DNA of 64,000 nt from IMG/VR virus record IMGVR_UViG_3300005512_000003; one strand, 5' to 3'. The notes under the pieces are model-generated. The model was given only the letters and a program-made list of their open reading frames with translations. It was not told the DNA's origin and did no database searches. Source of the stretch: a virus. Lineage: Duplodnaviria > Caudoviricetes. The position numbers were made by a program, and so were the translations under genes. Below, in pieces: positions 1 through 10,920 of this stretch. Position 1 is the stretch's first letter. Each line of letters opens with the position of its first letter.

Positions 1-1
1 T

Positions 2-1165
2 GCAACTTTTGGTGGTTCATGGCACGGAAGTCATGTTGCTGGAACTGCTGCAGGAAATAACTTTGGTGCTGCATTTGAAGCAAACATCTGGAGTATTGCA
101 TGTGTTGATAGATCTGACTTGGGATTTGCAGATCCCGCAGATGGATTTGATTACATTAAAGTATGGCACAAAAACAAACCAATCAATCCAGAAACTGGTA
201 GAAGAAATCCAACAATCGTAAATGGTAGTTGGGGATTTAGAGAATTTGTTCAGTGGAATGGTGCAACTTATGATGCATCCTTCAGAGGAACAACATATAG
301 TTCAACAGATATAGAAGCAGATAACACATTCTTACCAGCAGTTTTCTGGATGGAAACTAGTGGTAGTTTTTATGAGTTTACATCTAGATTCTCTGCATCT
401 CAAACAACAACTGATGAGATATTTAATGACCCAGATTGTGCCGATATAACATTTGTTTTTGCTGCTGGTAACTCTGGTAGTGGTAACGGAAAACAAGATA
501 TACCTGATGGATTAGATTATGATAATGCATTTTCAAATGCTACATTTGCATTTGGAACTGGAGGATTAGCCGATCAGGGAAGAGGAGTAAGTTCTCTGAA
601 CTATAATAGATCAGGAACTCCTGCGATAACTCATCAAGGTTTACCAGATGCTCCAATCGTAGTTGGTGCAATGGATGCTGATATTGATACAACTGCAGGA
701 TTTTCTTCAGAAAGAAAAGCAAGTTTCAGTAATAATGGTCCTGCGATTGATGTATGGTCTGCTGGACAAGCGATCTTAAGTCCTTGGTCTTCTGGGAGAA
801 AAGATCCAAGAAACAATGCATTTTTCAATCAATATTTACAGGGAACCAGTATGGCATCTCCTAATGTCTGTGGAATCCTTGCTCTCTATCTACAAGCATA
901 TCCAGAAGCAGATAGAACTCAAGTTAGACATTGGTTAGAAACTCGTGGAACTGTTGGAGTTGGAACTTTCTATAGAGACACTTACACTCATGAAACAAAT
1001 GGTCCCTCTGTAGGAGCAGGAACTTCTGTTGATTATTGGAGCAATGGATTTGAACCTCGTGGTGCATCTCATGATGTTCTTTATAATCCCTTTGCAAACA
1101 ATCTCCGACCAAATGTTTCTGGTGATATCAGTATTACTGGAGACATCTCCATCAAACAACTATAA
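2..1165 (+). CDS. Subtilisin-like (S8) serine protease, 5' truncated by the window edge
   Basis: Frame is open from base 2. It contains HGSHVAG (catalytic His), AAGN (oxyanion Asn) and GTSMASP (catalytic Ser). Confidence 0.9.
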   Translation, partial: ATFGGSWHGSHVAGTAAGNNFGAAFEANIWSIACVDRSDLGFADPADGFDYIKVWHKNKPINPETGRRNPTIVNGSWGFREFVQWNGATYDASFRGTTYSSTDIEADNTFLPAVFWMETSGSFYEFTSRFSASQTTTDEIFNDPDCADITFVFAAGNSGSGNGKQDIPDGLDYDNAFSNATFAFGTGGLADQGRGVSSLNYNRSGTPAITHQGLPDAPIVVGAMDADIDTTAGFSSERKASFSNNGPAIDVWSAGQAILSPWSSGRKDPRNNAFFNQYLQGTSMASPNVCGILALYLQAYPEADRTQVRHWLETRGTVGVGTFYRDTYTHETNGPSVGAGTSVDYWSNGFEPRGASHDVLYNPFANNLRPNVSGDISITGDISIKQL

Positions 1166-1168
1166 ATA
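1161..1168 (+). promoter_or_regulatory. T4-type late promoter TATAAATA
   Basis: Exact T4 late consensus just upstream of the 1184 ATG. TAAATA cores also precede the next genes (1520, 1992, 3693, 4536). Confidence 0.75.
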
Positions 1169-1183
1169 CCTCTAAAAAGACCG

Positions 1184-1519
1184 ATGGCAGACAAGAAATT
1201 TGGTGTAAGGCAGATAGATTTAGTTGGTTCTTCTGGAGCAACCAACATTGAGTCCCCCAATACACTTAACTTAAAGTCAACTCAAGTTTCAATCAGCACC
1301 GATATGAGCATCGGTGGTAATGTTGTATCTGATTTGATTGTTGGAGCTGGTTTCTCGGTTGGAATCGGCACCACCATACCAGAGACAAAACTTGATGTCA
1401 ATGGAGGTTTGAAGGCAGGAATCAATACTTCTCATGGTGTAGTATTGACCGCTGCAAATGGAACTCAATATAGATTATTTGTTGAAAATGATGGTTCCTT
1501 GTCCACTGTTGCTATCTAA
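1184..1519 (+). CDS. Small tail-fibre-associated structural protein
   Basis: VGIGTT fibre repeat. C-terminus GVVLTAANGTQYRLFVENDGSLSTV is shared with the 2017 protein. Confidence 0.65.
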   Translation: MADKKFGVRQIDLVGSSGATNIESPNTLNLKSTQVSISTDMSIGGNVVSDLIVGAGFSVGIGTTIPETKLDVNGGLKAGINTSHGVVLTAANGTQYRLFVENDGSLSTVAI

Positions 1520-1547
1520 TAAATACTAAGAGGTTATAGTAAATAAA

Positions 1548-1979
1548 GTGCCAATATCCTTTCCCTCAAACCCTGCGAATGGTCAAAAGTTTACTGACTC
1601 CACATCGGGGAATCAGTATCAGTGGAATGGGCAGGTTTGGATTGGTTTTTCTCCACTGACAATCAGTGGTGATTTTGTTGGAATCGGGAGTACAACTCCT
1701 CAGTTCCCCTTAACAGTTGGATTCAGTACACTTGGAGTAGATGTAAATGCTGGAGCAGCAGCTACATCTCTTTATGTTCAGGGGAGTGTTACAGTAACTG
1801 ATAGATTAGCAGCAGCAAAGGTTGTTGGTGCTACCACATTTGTTGCCATGCCTGCTGGAGACTTAGGCAACTTTAGTGCTGCATCTTCTGATGCTTTTGG
1901 TATTACTCTTGCGGCAAACTACGATTTAAAAGTAGATCCTCCTGGATCATTACGCAATGATGATCTTGGTGCTCTGTGA
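1548..1979 (+). CDS. Tail-fibre-associated structural protein
   Basis: N-terminal FPSNP...YQWNGQVW module typical of cyanophage fibre proteins, plus VGIGST. Confidence 0.6.
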   Translation: MPISFPSNPANGQKFTDSTSGNQYQWNGQVWIGFSPLTISGDFVGIGSTTPQFPLTVGFSTLGVDVNAGAAATSLYVQGSVTVTDRLAAAKVVGATTFVAMPAGDLGNFSAASSDAFGITLAANYDLKVDPPGSLRNDDLGAL

Positions 1980-2016
1980 TTTTGTCCACCCTAAATAACT
2001 AGAAAGATAAAGAAAG

Positions 2017-3675
2017 ATGCCTACCGAAGTACAATTTAGAAGAGGCACTACAGCGCAAAACAACAGCTTTACTGGTGCTGCTGGTGAACTCTCAGTAAAC
2101 ACTGATAATAACTCGCTGAGAATTCACGACGGTTCTACCGCTGGTGGTTTTGAGTTAGCGAAATCAGACCTCTCTAATACAGTTGGTACTGGAGGTACGG
2201 TATTTGCGGCTAACGTTGGTATCGGAACTACCATTGTAATCTCTGGAGATTTCCAACTCAAGAATATTCAATCTCTTGACGCAACAACAACTGCAACGAT
2301 TGAAAGTGCTGTTGCTGCTGCTCCTAATGATTTTACAAGTCTTAGTATCAGCGGAATCGGAACTGTCGTTGGTGAGTTCAACGTAGGAACTGGAGGAACT
2401 GTTCTTACTGGTCTCTCTCAAGCAGGCATCAGTTCTGTTGGTATTGCAAGTGCTATTCCAACTGCAACGTTAGATGTTGTAGGAAACGCAAAAGTATCAC
2501 AAACTGTAACTGCTGTAGGTGGTAATATCACTGGTGTTCTGACTGCAGTTTCTGCTGTCATCACTGATGTTACTGGTGGTCTTAACTGCTCTGGAGTTGT
2601 AACTGCAACCACATTTGATGGAGAGGTTACAGGTGCTGCTGCAACAACTAACTCAACTGGTCTTCATGTAGTTGGTGTTGCGACGGTTCTGAATCTGAAT
2701 GCAACTAACGCAACTGCGGGTGTCATCACTGCAACCACATTTGATGGTGAACTTACAGGGGCTGCTGTTACAACAACTTCTTCTGGTCTTTTCCAGAATA
2801 CAGGAATCGCAACGATTACTCAAGTTTCTGGTAGTCTGAATGGATCTGTCAACTCAGGTCTTACAACTGTAACAGATAAGTTGAGTGTATCTGGAATCAC
2901 TACTCTTAGTGGTCCAACTGCGATTGCTGGAGTTTCTACCTTCCATTCAAACTCAAGACATTTAGATAACGTCAAGGCACTGTTTGGTCTTGGTGGAGAT
3001 TTAGAGATCTATCATGATGGATCTAACTCATTCATCGCTGATGTTGGTGGTGGTAGTCTTCAGTTAAATGCAACTCCCGATATCAGATTCCTGAATAACT
3101 CTACAGGTATTGGTACTATCGGTGCTGGTGGTCTTGATATCGCTGGTGGAATCACCTTAGGTGCTACAGGTATTGCGACTCTTTCTCAAGTTAAGATTGG
3201 TGCCGCAGTAACTGCTGGTGCTTATGGAGTAGATGTTTCTGGTGGAACTCATATCGGTGCGACAGGAATCTCAACATTCAATCAAGTTGCGGTAGGTGCT
3301 GCAGTAACTGTAAATGCATCTGGTGTTAATGTTGTTGGAGTTGTTACTGCTACAACATCTAAGATTGGTGCTGCGGTAACTATTGCATCACAGGGTATCG
3401 ATGTTTCTGGTGGCACTCATATCGGTGTTACTGGCATTGCAACAATTCAACAGACAATCGTTGGTACTGCTCAAACAATCAACGCTGGTGGATTTAACGG
3501 AACCAATGTTAGAGTTGGTGCTGCTCTCACTGTTGTTGGAGTCAGCACATTTAGCGGTCAAGTGAACGTTGGTGTTGACACCAGTGTTGGTGTTATCATG
3601 ACTGCATCAAATGGAACACGCTACAGACTGATTGTTGAGGATGACGGTTCATTGTCAACCGTTGCTCTTTCTTAA
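2017..3675 (+). CDS. Tail fibre protein with Mtd_N-like N-terminus and internal repeats
   Basis: QFRRGT...FTGAAGEL...HDGSTAGG N-terminus; G/T/V-rich body; internal repeats (TATTFDGE x2, DVSGGTHIG x2). Confidence 0.75.
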   Translation: MPTEVQFRRGTTAQNNSFTGAAGELSVNTDNNSLRIHDGSTAGGFELAKSDLSNTVGTGGTVFAANVGIGTTIVISGDFQLKNIQSLDATTTATIESAVAAAPNDFTSLSISGIGTVVGEFNVGTGGTVLTGLSQAGISSVGIASAIPTATLDVVGNAKVSQTVTAVGGNITGVLTAVSAVITDVTGGLNCSGVVTATTFDGEVTGAAATTNSTGLHVVGVATVLNLNATNATAGVITATTFDGELTGAAVTTTSSGLFQNTGIATITQVSGSLNGSVNSGLTTVTDKLSVSGITTLSGPTAIAGVSTFHSNSRHLDNVKALFGLGGDLEIYHDGSNSFIADVGGGSLQLNATPDIRFLNNSTGIGTIGAGGLDIAGGITLGATGIATLSQVKIGAAVTAGAYGVDVSGGTHIGATGISTFNQVAVGAAVTVNASGVNVVGVVTATTSKIGAAVTIASQGIDVSGGTHIGVTGIATIQQTIVGTAQTINAGGFNGTNVRVGAALTVVGVSTFSGQVNVGVDTSVGVIMTASNGTRYRLIVEDDGSLSTVALS

Positions 3676-3702
3676 TAATTAGTATAGGAACTTAAATACA
3701 AA

Positions 3703-4530
3703 ATGCCAAATCCCAGAGAGCTATCACAGTTTGGTTCGTTCGTAGAAGTAAATGATACCACAAAAAACATTGGTATCGCTACGACTGGGACCCCCTTTGT
3801 CGGAATAGGAACCCTATCTCCAGAAGAAAAACTACACGTTGTAGGTAATCTAAGAGTTGATGGTGATACAAACTTTGATAGATTAGTTGTTGGAGTTTTA
3901 ACAGCATCCTCTGTAGTCAATCCAAATCTAACTGTAGAAAATCTAACGGTAAGTAGTGCTGCAACATTTTCTAATGCTAATGCAACTCACTTTGTTGTAA
4001 GTGTAGGAGCAACCATAGGTTCTGTTCAAGTTAACTCTGGAATAATAACCTCATCTTCTGGTATTGTAACTTATTATGGTGATGCACAGTATCTCGACAA
4101 TGTTGGTCTTGCCGTTACCTACATTGATAACAATGTAACCATTGGTGGAACGATCACTGCCGACGAGTTAATTTTAACTGGTGGCGGTGGAGTTGGTGGT
4201 GGTGCTGGTATTGCTGCATCAACTCTAAACATCAGTGGTATATCAACTCTAGGTGGAGTTCAAATCTCTTCAGGCATTGTAACCGCAGGTGCTGGAACAA
4301 CCACTGTGGTTTATTATGGAGATGGATATAACCTCACAAATATTCAAGCTTCTGCACTCACAGGATTCCAAGTTGCTGTTCACAGAAGACCTGCATCTGG
4401 ACGTTGGACATTTGGACAAAATATTACAAGAATAACTGTTGCCGCAGATGATACCTTTGAAGTCACTGCACGTTCTGGAATCGTAACAGTATCAATCGGA
4501 GATGCTGCTCTTCCACCTCTGACGGTTTAG
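3703..4530 (+). CDS. Tail fibre-like structural protein
   Basis: VGIGT...LHVVG fibre repeat and YYGD x2 motifs. Confidence 0.65.
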   Translation: MPNPRELSQFGSFVEVNDTTKNIGIATTGTPFVGIGTLSPEEKLHVVGNLRVDGDTNFDRLVVGVLTASSVVNPNLTVENLTVSSAATFSNANATHFVVSVGATIGSVQVNSGIITSSSGIVTYYGDAQYLDNVGLAVTYIDNNVTIGGTITADELILTGGGGVGGGAGIAASTLNISGISTLGGVQISSGIVTAGAGTTTVVYYGDGYNLTNIQASALTGFQVAVHRRPASGRWTFGQNITRITVAADDTFEVTARSGIVTVSIGDAALPPLTV

Positions 4531-4604
4531 TAAGATAAATATCATCATAACAGAGGGATATATATTCCTCTTCCTGACGGTATATACCAGAGGTTCTATA
4601 GTAA

Positions 4605-6149
4605 GTGGCAGATCCTAAAGTTAAACTAAAACGATCAGCCGTAGGCGGTCGTATTCCTAGTCCTGATCAGGTTCCTTTAGGCGAACTTGCTCTTAACACA
4701 TGGGACGGACAACTGTATGCATCCAAGAATGTAGGACTTGGAACTACGGTTGTTGCTATCAACCCCTGGATAGTAGGCACAGGGACAGATACATATAACG
4801 CATATTTCACTGCTGGAAATATTGGTATCGGGTCAACCACCCCAACATCAGCATTACATGTAGTAGGTGATGCTTATGTTTCAGGTATTGTTACTGCTAA
4901 TGCTGGATTTAATCTAGGTATATCTTCTGCTGGATCAGTGATTACCTCTGGTCCGATTAAAACTCTTAACTTTATTGGTGCTGGTAATACATTTTTAGTC
5001 AATGGAACTACTGTAGACATCAGTATTCAAGGTGGCGGTGGAGGAGCAGAAATCGGTGTTCAGGCAAATGATTCTGTCATCGGTTATGCACAAACCACAC
5101 TAAACTTTGTTGGTTCTGGTGTTACTGGAGTTTCTATTGGCACTACAACAACGATTACCATTGAACCTGGTCTTGTAGGTGCTGCAAAGTCTGTTACGTC
5201 ATTCACTGCAACTGCTGGACAAACGGTTTTCAATGTTAACTACAGTCAGGGGCAAGAAAATGTCTTTAGAAATGGTATAAGATTATCAGAAGGTGGTGAT
5301 TATACTGCAACAAACGGATCCACCATTGTTTTATCATCCCCCGCTTCAAGCGGAGACGTTATTGATATTGTTGTTTATCTGAGAGGTTCTGATCCTAATA
5401 GAAACGTAGAAGTTACACTCCTTCCACCATTCAATGGAATCACAACTGCCTTTACAATGTATAAAGGCACAACAAGTTATTTGTTTGATCCGATTGATGA
5501 AAGACAAATCGTTGTATCTCTTGGAGGTGTGATTCAGCAACCTGGAGTCGCATATACGGTAGGTACAGGTTCTTCTATTTTCTTCTCTGCTGCACCAGGT
5601 GCAGGTGTGAGTTGTTTCATTACTGCATTATATTCTAATACCGTAGGTATTCACACTGATGCAACAAAGATTGAAACTCAAGTTTATACCCCAACAGGTG
5701 TTCAAACATCATTTACTCTTACAAGAGGATATGAACAGAACTATCTTGATGTATATGTAAACGGTGCTCGTCTTGTTAATGGTCAAGACTTTACTGCAAC
5801 AGATTCTAGCACATTTGACCTTACTTCTGCAGCAGACTCTGGGGATATAGTAGAAGCAGTTGCATTTAGAACCATCGGCATTACGTCTGCGATCACTGCG
5901 GGCATCTCAAGTAACGTTGATGGAAACTATGTAAATACTACAAGTCTAAAAGTAACTGGGATTGCAACGTTCTCTTCCACAAGTCACTTAGTTCCACCAT
6001 CAGGAACAACGGCACAGAGACCAGCAAGTCCCACAGAAGGATCTATTAGATACAATACAACTTTAAGTGGATTAGAAGTTTACTCTGGAGGAAGTTGGGT
6101 TCAACTCTTCACAGATTATGTACAAACTGGTTCAACTATTTTCGGGTAA
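4605..6149 (+). CDS. Tail fibre/baseplate-associated protein
   Basis: KLKRS...LGELALNTWDG N-terminus; ATAGQT/NG.RL repeats; GTTAQRP...IRYNT C-terminal module. Confidence 0.7.
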   Translation: MADPKVKLKRSAVGGRIPSPDQVPLGELALNTWDGQLYASKNVGLGTTVVAINPWIVGTGTDTYNAYFTAGNIGIGSTTPTSALHVVGDAYVSGIVTANAGFNLGISSAGSVITSGPIKTLNFIGAGNTFLVNGTTVDISIQGGGGGAEIGVQANDSVIGYAQTTLNFVGSGVTGVSIGTTTTITIEPGLVGAAKSVTSFTATAGQTVFNVNYSQGQENVFRNGIRLSEGGDYTATNGSTIVLSSPASSGDVIDIVVYLRGSDPNRNVEVTLLPPFNGITTAFTMYKGTTSYLFDPIDERQIVVSLGGVIQQPGVAYTVGTGSSIFFSAAPGAGVSCFITALYSNTVGIHTDATKIETQVYTPTGVQTSFTLTRGYEQNYLDVYVNGARLVNGQDFTATDSSTFDLTSAADSGDIVEAVAFRTIGITSAITAGISSNVDGNYVNTTSLKVTGIATFSSTSHLVPPSGTTAQRPASPTEGSIRYNTTLSGLEVYSGGSWVQLFTDYVQTGSTIFG

Positions 6150-6155
6150 TATAAC

Positions 6156-9100
6156 ATGTCATACTTAGAAAGATCTTTATACCACTCTGGAAACCGAAAG
6201 ACTTGGACTTGGAGTGCTTGGGTTAGAAAAGATAGCGTTGATTCGTCTGTAAGACAAAGACTGTTTGTGTCATCAGATAATGCAGCTAATGCATTTTACT
6301 ATATGATTGAGTTTGATCTCAATAGCACTACTAGAGTACTTGCTGCTACTGAAGGCGGTAGTGCTGATGTTGCGGTAGAAACTGCTAATGAAATGATTGA
6401 TCCCTCAACGTGGTTTCATTTTATGGTTGTTTTTGACTCAACACGAGTAACTTCAACTGAAAGAGTGAGATTGTTTATAAATGGAGCGATTAACGATGAT
6501 ATTGCTTTTACGACTTATCCATCTCAAAACTATTTGAGTGCAGTATCAAAGCAAGGACAGTTTCATTATATTGGTTATGATGGAAGTTCACTTGGTTCAA
6601 CACAAGCTTCTGTTCAGATGACAGATGTTTATCTCGTAGATGGTCAGGCACTTCCACCAGATGTATTCGGATACTATAAAGTTGGAACTGGTAGAGGATA
6701 TGTTTCCGCAGGTTCTTCATTCTCCACTAGACAAATAGACGGGCAATGGTTCCCTAAGTCACCACAGTCAATCAAAAAGGTAGTGAATGCTTATGGTGGA
6801 TTTGGAACAAATGGTTTTTACTTACCACTAAATGATTCAACTTTCGTTGGAGTAGACTTTCATACAACTCCAAACACAATCATCAGAATGGATGAAGATC
6901 TTCAGCAACCAAAACCATCCATTGCATCTACAACAACAGCAGGTCTTGGGTTTACTGATGTCTTAAGGGATGATCCATATGCATCTAATCTCGTTCTTGC
7001 TCTTCCTCTTGTAAGTTCTGGATTATGTACAAATGGAACAAACTCTGGTATTAATACTGGATTTGGTGATTACTCTTCAATTATTAGAGGTTCAGGAACC
7101 CATAAAGTTCCTGTGAGTATTGCTGGTTCAGTGTCTATTGCCTCAAGTGTAGCACAGTATGGTTTCGCTGGATTTTTCAATGGAGTATCTGAAAATAATT
7201 ATATTGAGTATTCTCCTGAAGCAGATTTCAGATTAGGATCTGATGCAACAGAGGATTTTACAGTTGAAATCTGGGCAAACCCAATGAATTCGGTCAACAC
7301 TGGCGGAATAGTTGGAGTTTATAATGTTTCAGATAGTCGTAGAACATGGTTATTGTATAGGGATAATAGTAATTATTGGAGGTTTTTAGCATACTCTGAC
7401 GGGTCAACTAGTCTTGTAAGCTTACAAAGTCAAGTAACTGCAAAAGAAGGACAATGGGCACATCTTGCAGTAGAAAAAAATAAAACAACCTATACATTAT
7501 ATGTTGATGGAAAAGCATCTTCCATTCAAACGGGAATAGGAACAGCGATTTATAATAATACCAGTGATGGATTAAAGGTAGGAAACTATACCTCTTCTAA
7601 TACTAATACTGGTTTCGATGGTTATCTTCAGGATCTTAGAATCTATAAAGGTGTTGCAAAATATAAAGGCAACTTTGATGTCAACTCACATTTTAAATCC
7701 GTATCTTTGGATAGTTGGAGAACAACTGAAGAGAATGTAACCACAAACACCTTTGCAACTCCCAATCCATTGATGATTGGACCAAGAAATAACTCTACAG
7801 AAAGTTCTTTCCAATATAGTGAGGGTAACTTACATCTTCAACCAAATGGAACTGCAGATGATACATCACCAACAATAGGTATTACAACAGGAAAATGGTA
7901 TTATGAAGTTCACTATACCACCGCTGATAGACATGCCGTTGGTTGGACTCACTTAGACAACTATTACAATAATAGATGGACTCCTTCTAACTATGGTATT
8001 GCAAATAAATATGGATACGTCGGAACTACATACGTCAATGTATCTGGTGTTGATAGAGTTGTAAACTTTAGTAGTGATGCAGTTGATGGAAATGACAGTC
8101 AGGGATTTGGTGATGATGATGTTTTAGGATATGCACTAGACTTAGATAACCTTCAAGCAAGATTCTATAAAAATGGCGTAGGCATCGTAACAACTGGCAT
8201 TGCTAACACCAATGGAGTTGGATATGGTTATACAGTTGGTTCTCACAGAGAGTGGGTCGCACTATTTTCAGATGTGTCATCTACCGATCCAGTATATACA
8301 GTTAACATGGGACAAAATCCAACCTTTGGTGGGAGAACAACTGGTTTAGGAACTTATGCAGATGCTAATGGAATTGGTCAGTTTGCATACGAACCACCTG
8401 CAGGGCATTTAGCATTATGCACTCAGAATCTTCCAGAACCAACCATAAAAAATCCAGGAGATTACTTCAAACCGTTATTATACGATGGAAATGGATCATA
8501 TAAATCTGTTGTTGGAGCTGGTTTTACTCCAGATCTAGTTTGGTTTGGATGTAGAGGTACAAATAGATCACACCACGTTTATGATAGTGTTCGTGGCATT
8601 GATCATTCTTTTAGCACTGATGCCGCCAGTTCTGAGGATTATCGAGAGGAACAAGGTCTTGTTTCCTTTGATCCAGATGGATTTACAGTTGGTTCCTTAA
8701 ATGAACTAAACTCAAATGGCAGTGAGTATGCTGCATATTGTTGGCGAGCAGGAGCTGGAGTTACGAATAGCAATAGTGATGGATCAATCACATCTGTGAT
8801 TTCTACAAGTCAAGAAGCAGGTTTTAGTATCGTTACTTATACTGGAACTGGTTCTGCAGCAACAGTGGGTCATGGACTAACTGTAGCTCCAGATTGTATG
8901 ATAGTTAAAAATAGAGATCAGGCTGATAACTGGGCAGTTTATTATGGAGATCCTGATAACTTTGTTCAGTTGGACACTGATGGTGCAGAATCTGGATCAG
9001 GAGATATTTTTGGTGCTTCTTATCCAACTACTTCAGTTTTTAGTGTTGGAACAAATCATAAGTCTAACGCATCATCAGAGCGTTATGTTGCATATTGTTG

Positions 9101-9443
9101 GCACGAAGTTCCAGGATTTAGTAAGTTTGCACGATATTCTGGATCTGGTTTAACTACAGGTTTATTCATACACTGTGGGTTCAAACCAGCATTTGTGATG
9201 TTGAAAGAACTTGATGATGTTGGAGCATGGGTTCTTATGGATAGTGCCAGAGGACCAAGAAACCCAGTGAATCTTTTCTTTGGGATGAACAGTGCTGGAA
9301 AGGATGATACTGGAGCAAAGGTTGATTTTGTTTCTAATGGATTCAATATTAGATTATCCTCTTCAAACTTTAATACTGCAGGAAGTTCTTATTTCTTTAT
9401 GGCATTTGCAGAGACGCCATTTAAGTATGCCAATGCTAAATAA
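6156..9443 (+). CDS. Large virion adhesin with ConA/LamG-like and SPRY-like domains
   Basis: TWTWSAWV; DFTVEIW...WAHLAV...LYVDG...GYLQDLRIYKG (LamG-like); GKWYYEV...GYALDLDN (SPRY-like); AFAETPFKYANA C-terminus. Confidence 0.75.
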   Translation: MSYLERSLYHSGNRKTWTWSAWVRKDSVDSSVRQRLFVSSDNAANAFYYMIEFDLNSTTRVLAATEGGSADVAVETANEMIDPSTWFHFMVVFDSTRVTSTERVRLFINGAINDDIAFTTYPSQNYLSAVSKQGQFHYIGYDGSSLGSTQASVQMTDVYLVDGQALPPDVFGYYKVGTGRGYVSAGSSFSTRQIDGQWFPKSPQSIKKVVNAYGGFGTNGFYLPLNDSTFVGVDFHTTPNTIIRMDEDLQQPKPSIASTTTAGLGFTDVLRDDPYASNLVLALPLVSSGLCTNGTNSGINTGFGDYSSIIRGSGTHKVPVSIAGSVSIASSVAQYGFAGFFNGVSENNYIEYSPEADFRLGSDATEDFTVEIWANPMNSVNTGGIVGVYNVSDSRRTWLLYRDNSNYWRFLAYSDGSTSLVSLQSQVTAKEGQWAHLAVEKNKTTYTLYVDGKASSIQTGIGTAIYNNTSDGLKVGNYTSSNTNTGFDGYLQDLRIYKGVAKYKGNFDVNSHFKSVSLDSWRTTEENVTTNTFATPNPLMIGPRNNSTESSFQYSEGNLHLQPNGTADDTSPTIGITTGKWYYEVHYTTADRHAVGWTHLDNYYNNRWTPSNYGIANKYGYVGTTYVNVSGVDRVVNFSSDAVDGNDSQGFGDDDVLGYALDLDNLQARFYKNGVGIVTTGIANTNGVGYGYTVGSHREWVALFSDVSSTDPVYTVNMGQNPTFGGRTTGLGTYADANGIGQFAYEPPAGHLALCTQNLPEPTIKNPGDYFKPLLYDGNGSYKSVVGAGFTPDLVWFGCRGTNRSHHVYDSVRGIDHSFSTDAASSEDYREEQGLVSFDPDGFTVGSLNELNSNGSEYAAYCWRAGAGVTNSNSDGSITSVISTSQEAGFSIVTYTGTGSAATVGHGLTVAPDCMIVKNRDQADNWAVYYGDPDNFVQLDTDGAESGSGDIFGASYPTTSVFSVGTNHKSNASSERYVAYCWHEVPGFSKFARYSGSGLTTGLFIHCGFKPAFVMLKELDDVGAWVLMDSARGPRNPVNLFFGMNSAGKDDTGAKVDFVSNGFNIRLSSSNFNTAGSSYFFMAFAETPFKYANAK

Positions 9444-9455
9444 CTAAAAAACATT

Positions 9456-9923
9456 ATGATCATAACTTCAAATACTATTACTCATACATATAGTATTCCA
9501 AAACTTTCTTTGGTTGGAGAAGTTGATGGATTTGAAAAAGTTGCATACAAAGCTGAAGTCATTCTGAGTTCTTCTTTTGAATATGATTACACTTTTGCAG
9601 CACCGACTGGCGATGTCATGGCTGGATTGACTACAAACATCAAAGAAAAACGAGTCAAGTCTGTTGATGTTGAGTATACAGTAGATTTACCGACTGTTGG
9701 TATTGCCACAACTTCTTTTACATCATGGGATGATCTTGAAGAAGATCAAGTTATTCAATGGACATTTGATGTAAATCCAGAATTAACTTCTGCAATGAGA
9801 TTAGAGAATGAGAACAAAGCACTTACAGAAAAAGACAAGGTAAATAACCCAAGAAAATATTTTTATGACACCCCTCCAACTCCATGGGGTGTTCGTGCAA
9901 ATCAAGAATCTATAGGAGAATAA
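9456..9923 (+). CDS. Hypothetical protein, possible fibre assembly chaperone
   Basis: ORF with F..WDDL.E.QVI.W and a C-terminal PW, located next to a fibre gene. Confidence 0.5.
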   Translation: MIITSNTITHTYSIPKLSLVGEVDGFEKVAYKAEVILSSSFEYDYTFAAPTGDVMAGLTTNIKEKRVKSVDVEYTVDLPTVGIATTSFTSWDDLEEDQVIQWTFDVNPELTSAMRLENENKALTEKDKVNNPRKYFYDTPPTPWGVRANQESIGE

Positions 9924-9930
9924 GAGATAA

Positions 9931-10920
9931 ATGACAAAAGCAAGAGATACTGCATCACTGGTTTCATCACAAACAGGAATCGCCGTTACAATCAGTGGCG
10001 ATCCAGTTGTTCTTGGTATTGGCGATACTGAAAGACTTAGAATAAGAGGCACTGGTGATATTGGCATTGGAAAAACTGATCCCCAACAAAAGGTTGATAT
10101 TCTTGGAAACTTGGGAGTTGATGGTGATGTTGGTATCGGAACATCAGCAGTAAAGTCTGGTGCGTTTTCTATCTATAGTAAGAATATTGAACTTGAAGGT
10201 GACACTGCCACTGCTCCAAATTTTAACATTATAAATCATCGTTCGGTAAGCCCCATGGGTATCAATTTTATAAATGATGCTGGTTCTAACCAACTTGGTA
10301 TCAGAGGTGCTGGAACTTCTAGAACAAATCCAGGCGCTGCACTAGGAATGCCACAAATATTTACATATGTTGGATTTGATCTGTATATAGGAGCCGATTC
10401 ATCAGATTCAGTATTCTTCACAACAAATAGAAGTGACAGAATGGAAATCAGATCTGATGGTGGAGTTGTAATGAATAATGTTTATAGTGATGCTATTGCA
10501 AGTGGTAGAGATCTTTATATAAGTTCTGGTGGAAGACTTGGGTATATTTCTTCGATTGGTATTGCAAAAACAAATGTTTCATCTCTAACAAATATTGATT
10601 GGATTGATCAACTTAGAATTGTGAACTTCAACTATAAAAAGTTCACGGAGACTACAACTGGTATTGGATCAACGGAACAAACAGTCATAAATTATCTTGA
10701 TTCTTATCATGAAGAGACTGAATATGGATTGATTGCTGAAGAAGTAGTTGGTATCAATACCGATTTAGTTTTTTATAATGAAAATGCTGAAGGATCTAAA
10801 AGTCTTGCTGGCATTCACTACAAGAAGTTAATACCTATCTTAGTAAAAGGACTTCAAGATGCACGGAGTGAGATAAATATACTGAAGACGCGATTAGATC
10901 AAGCAGGCATTGCAACATAG
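9931..10920 (+). CDS. Tail fibre with C-terminal peptidase S74 intramolecular chaperone
   Basis: ERLRI..GDIGIG repeats; SS...KTNV; GLIAEEV; YKKLIPILVKGLQD followed by a coiled coil. Confidence 0.8.
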   Translation: MTKARDTASLVSSQTGIAVTISGDPVVLGIGDTERLRIRGTGDIGIGKTDPQQKVDILGNLGVDGDVGIGTSAVKSGAFSIYSKNIELEGDTATAPNFNIINHRSVSPMGINFINDAGSNQLGIRGAGTSRTNPGAALGMPQIFTYVGFDLYIGADSSDSVFFTTNRSDRMEIRSDGGVVMNNVYSDAIASGRDLYISSGGRLGYISSIGIAKTNVSSLTNIDWIDQLRIVNFNYKKFTETTTGIGSTEQTVINYLDSYHEETEYGLIAEEVVGINTDLVFYNENAEGSKSLAGIHYKKLIPILVKGLQDARSEINILKTRLDQAGIAT

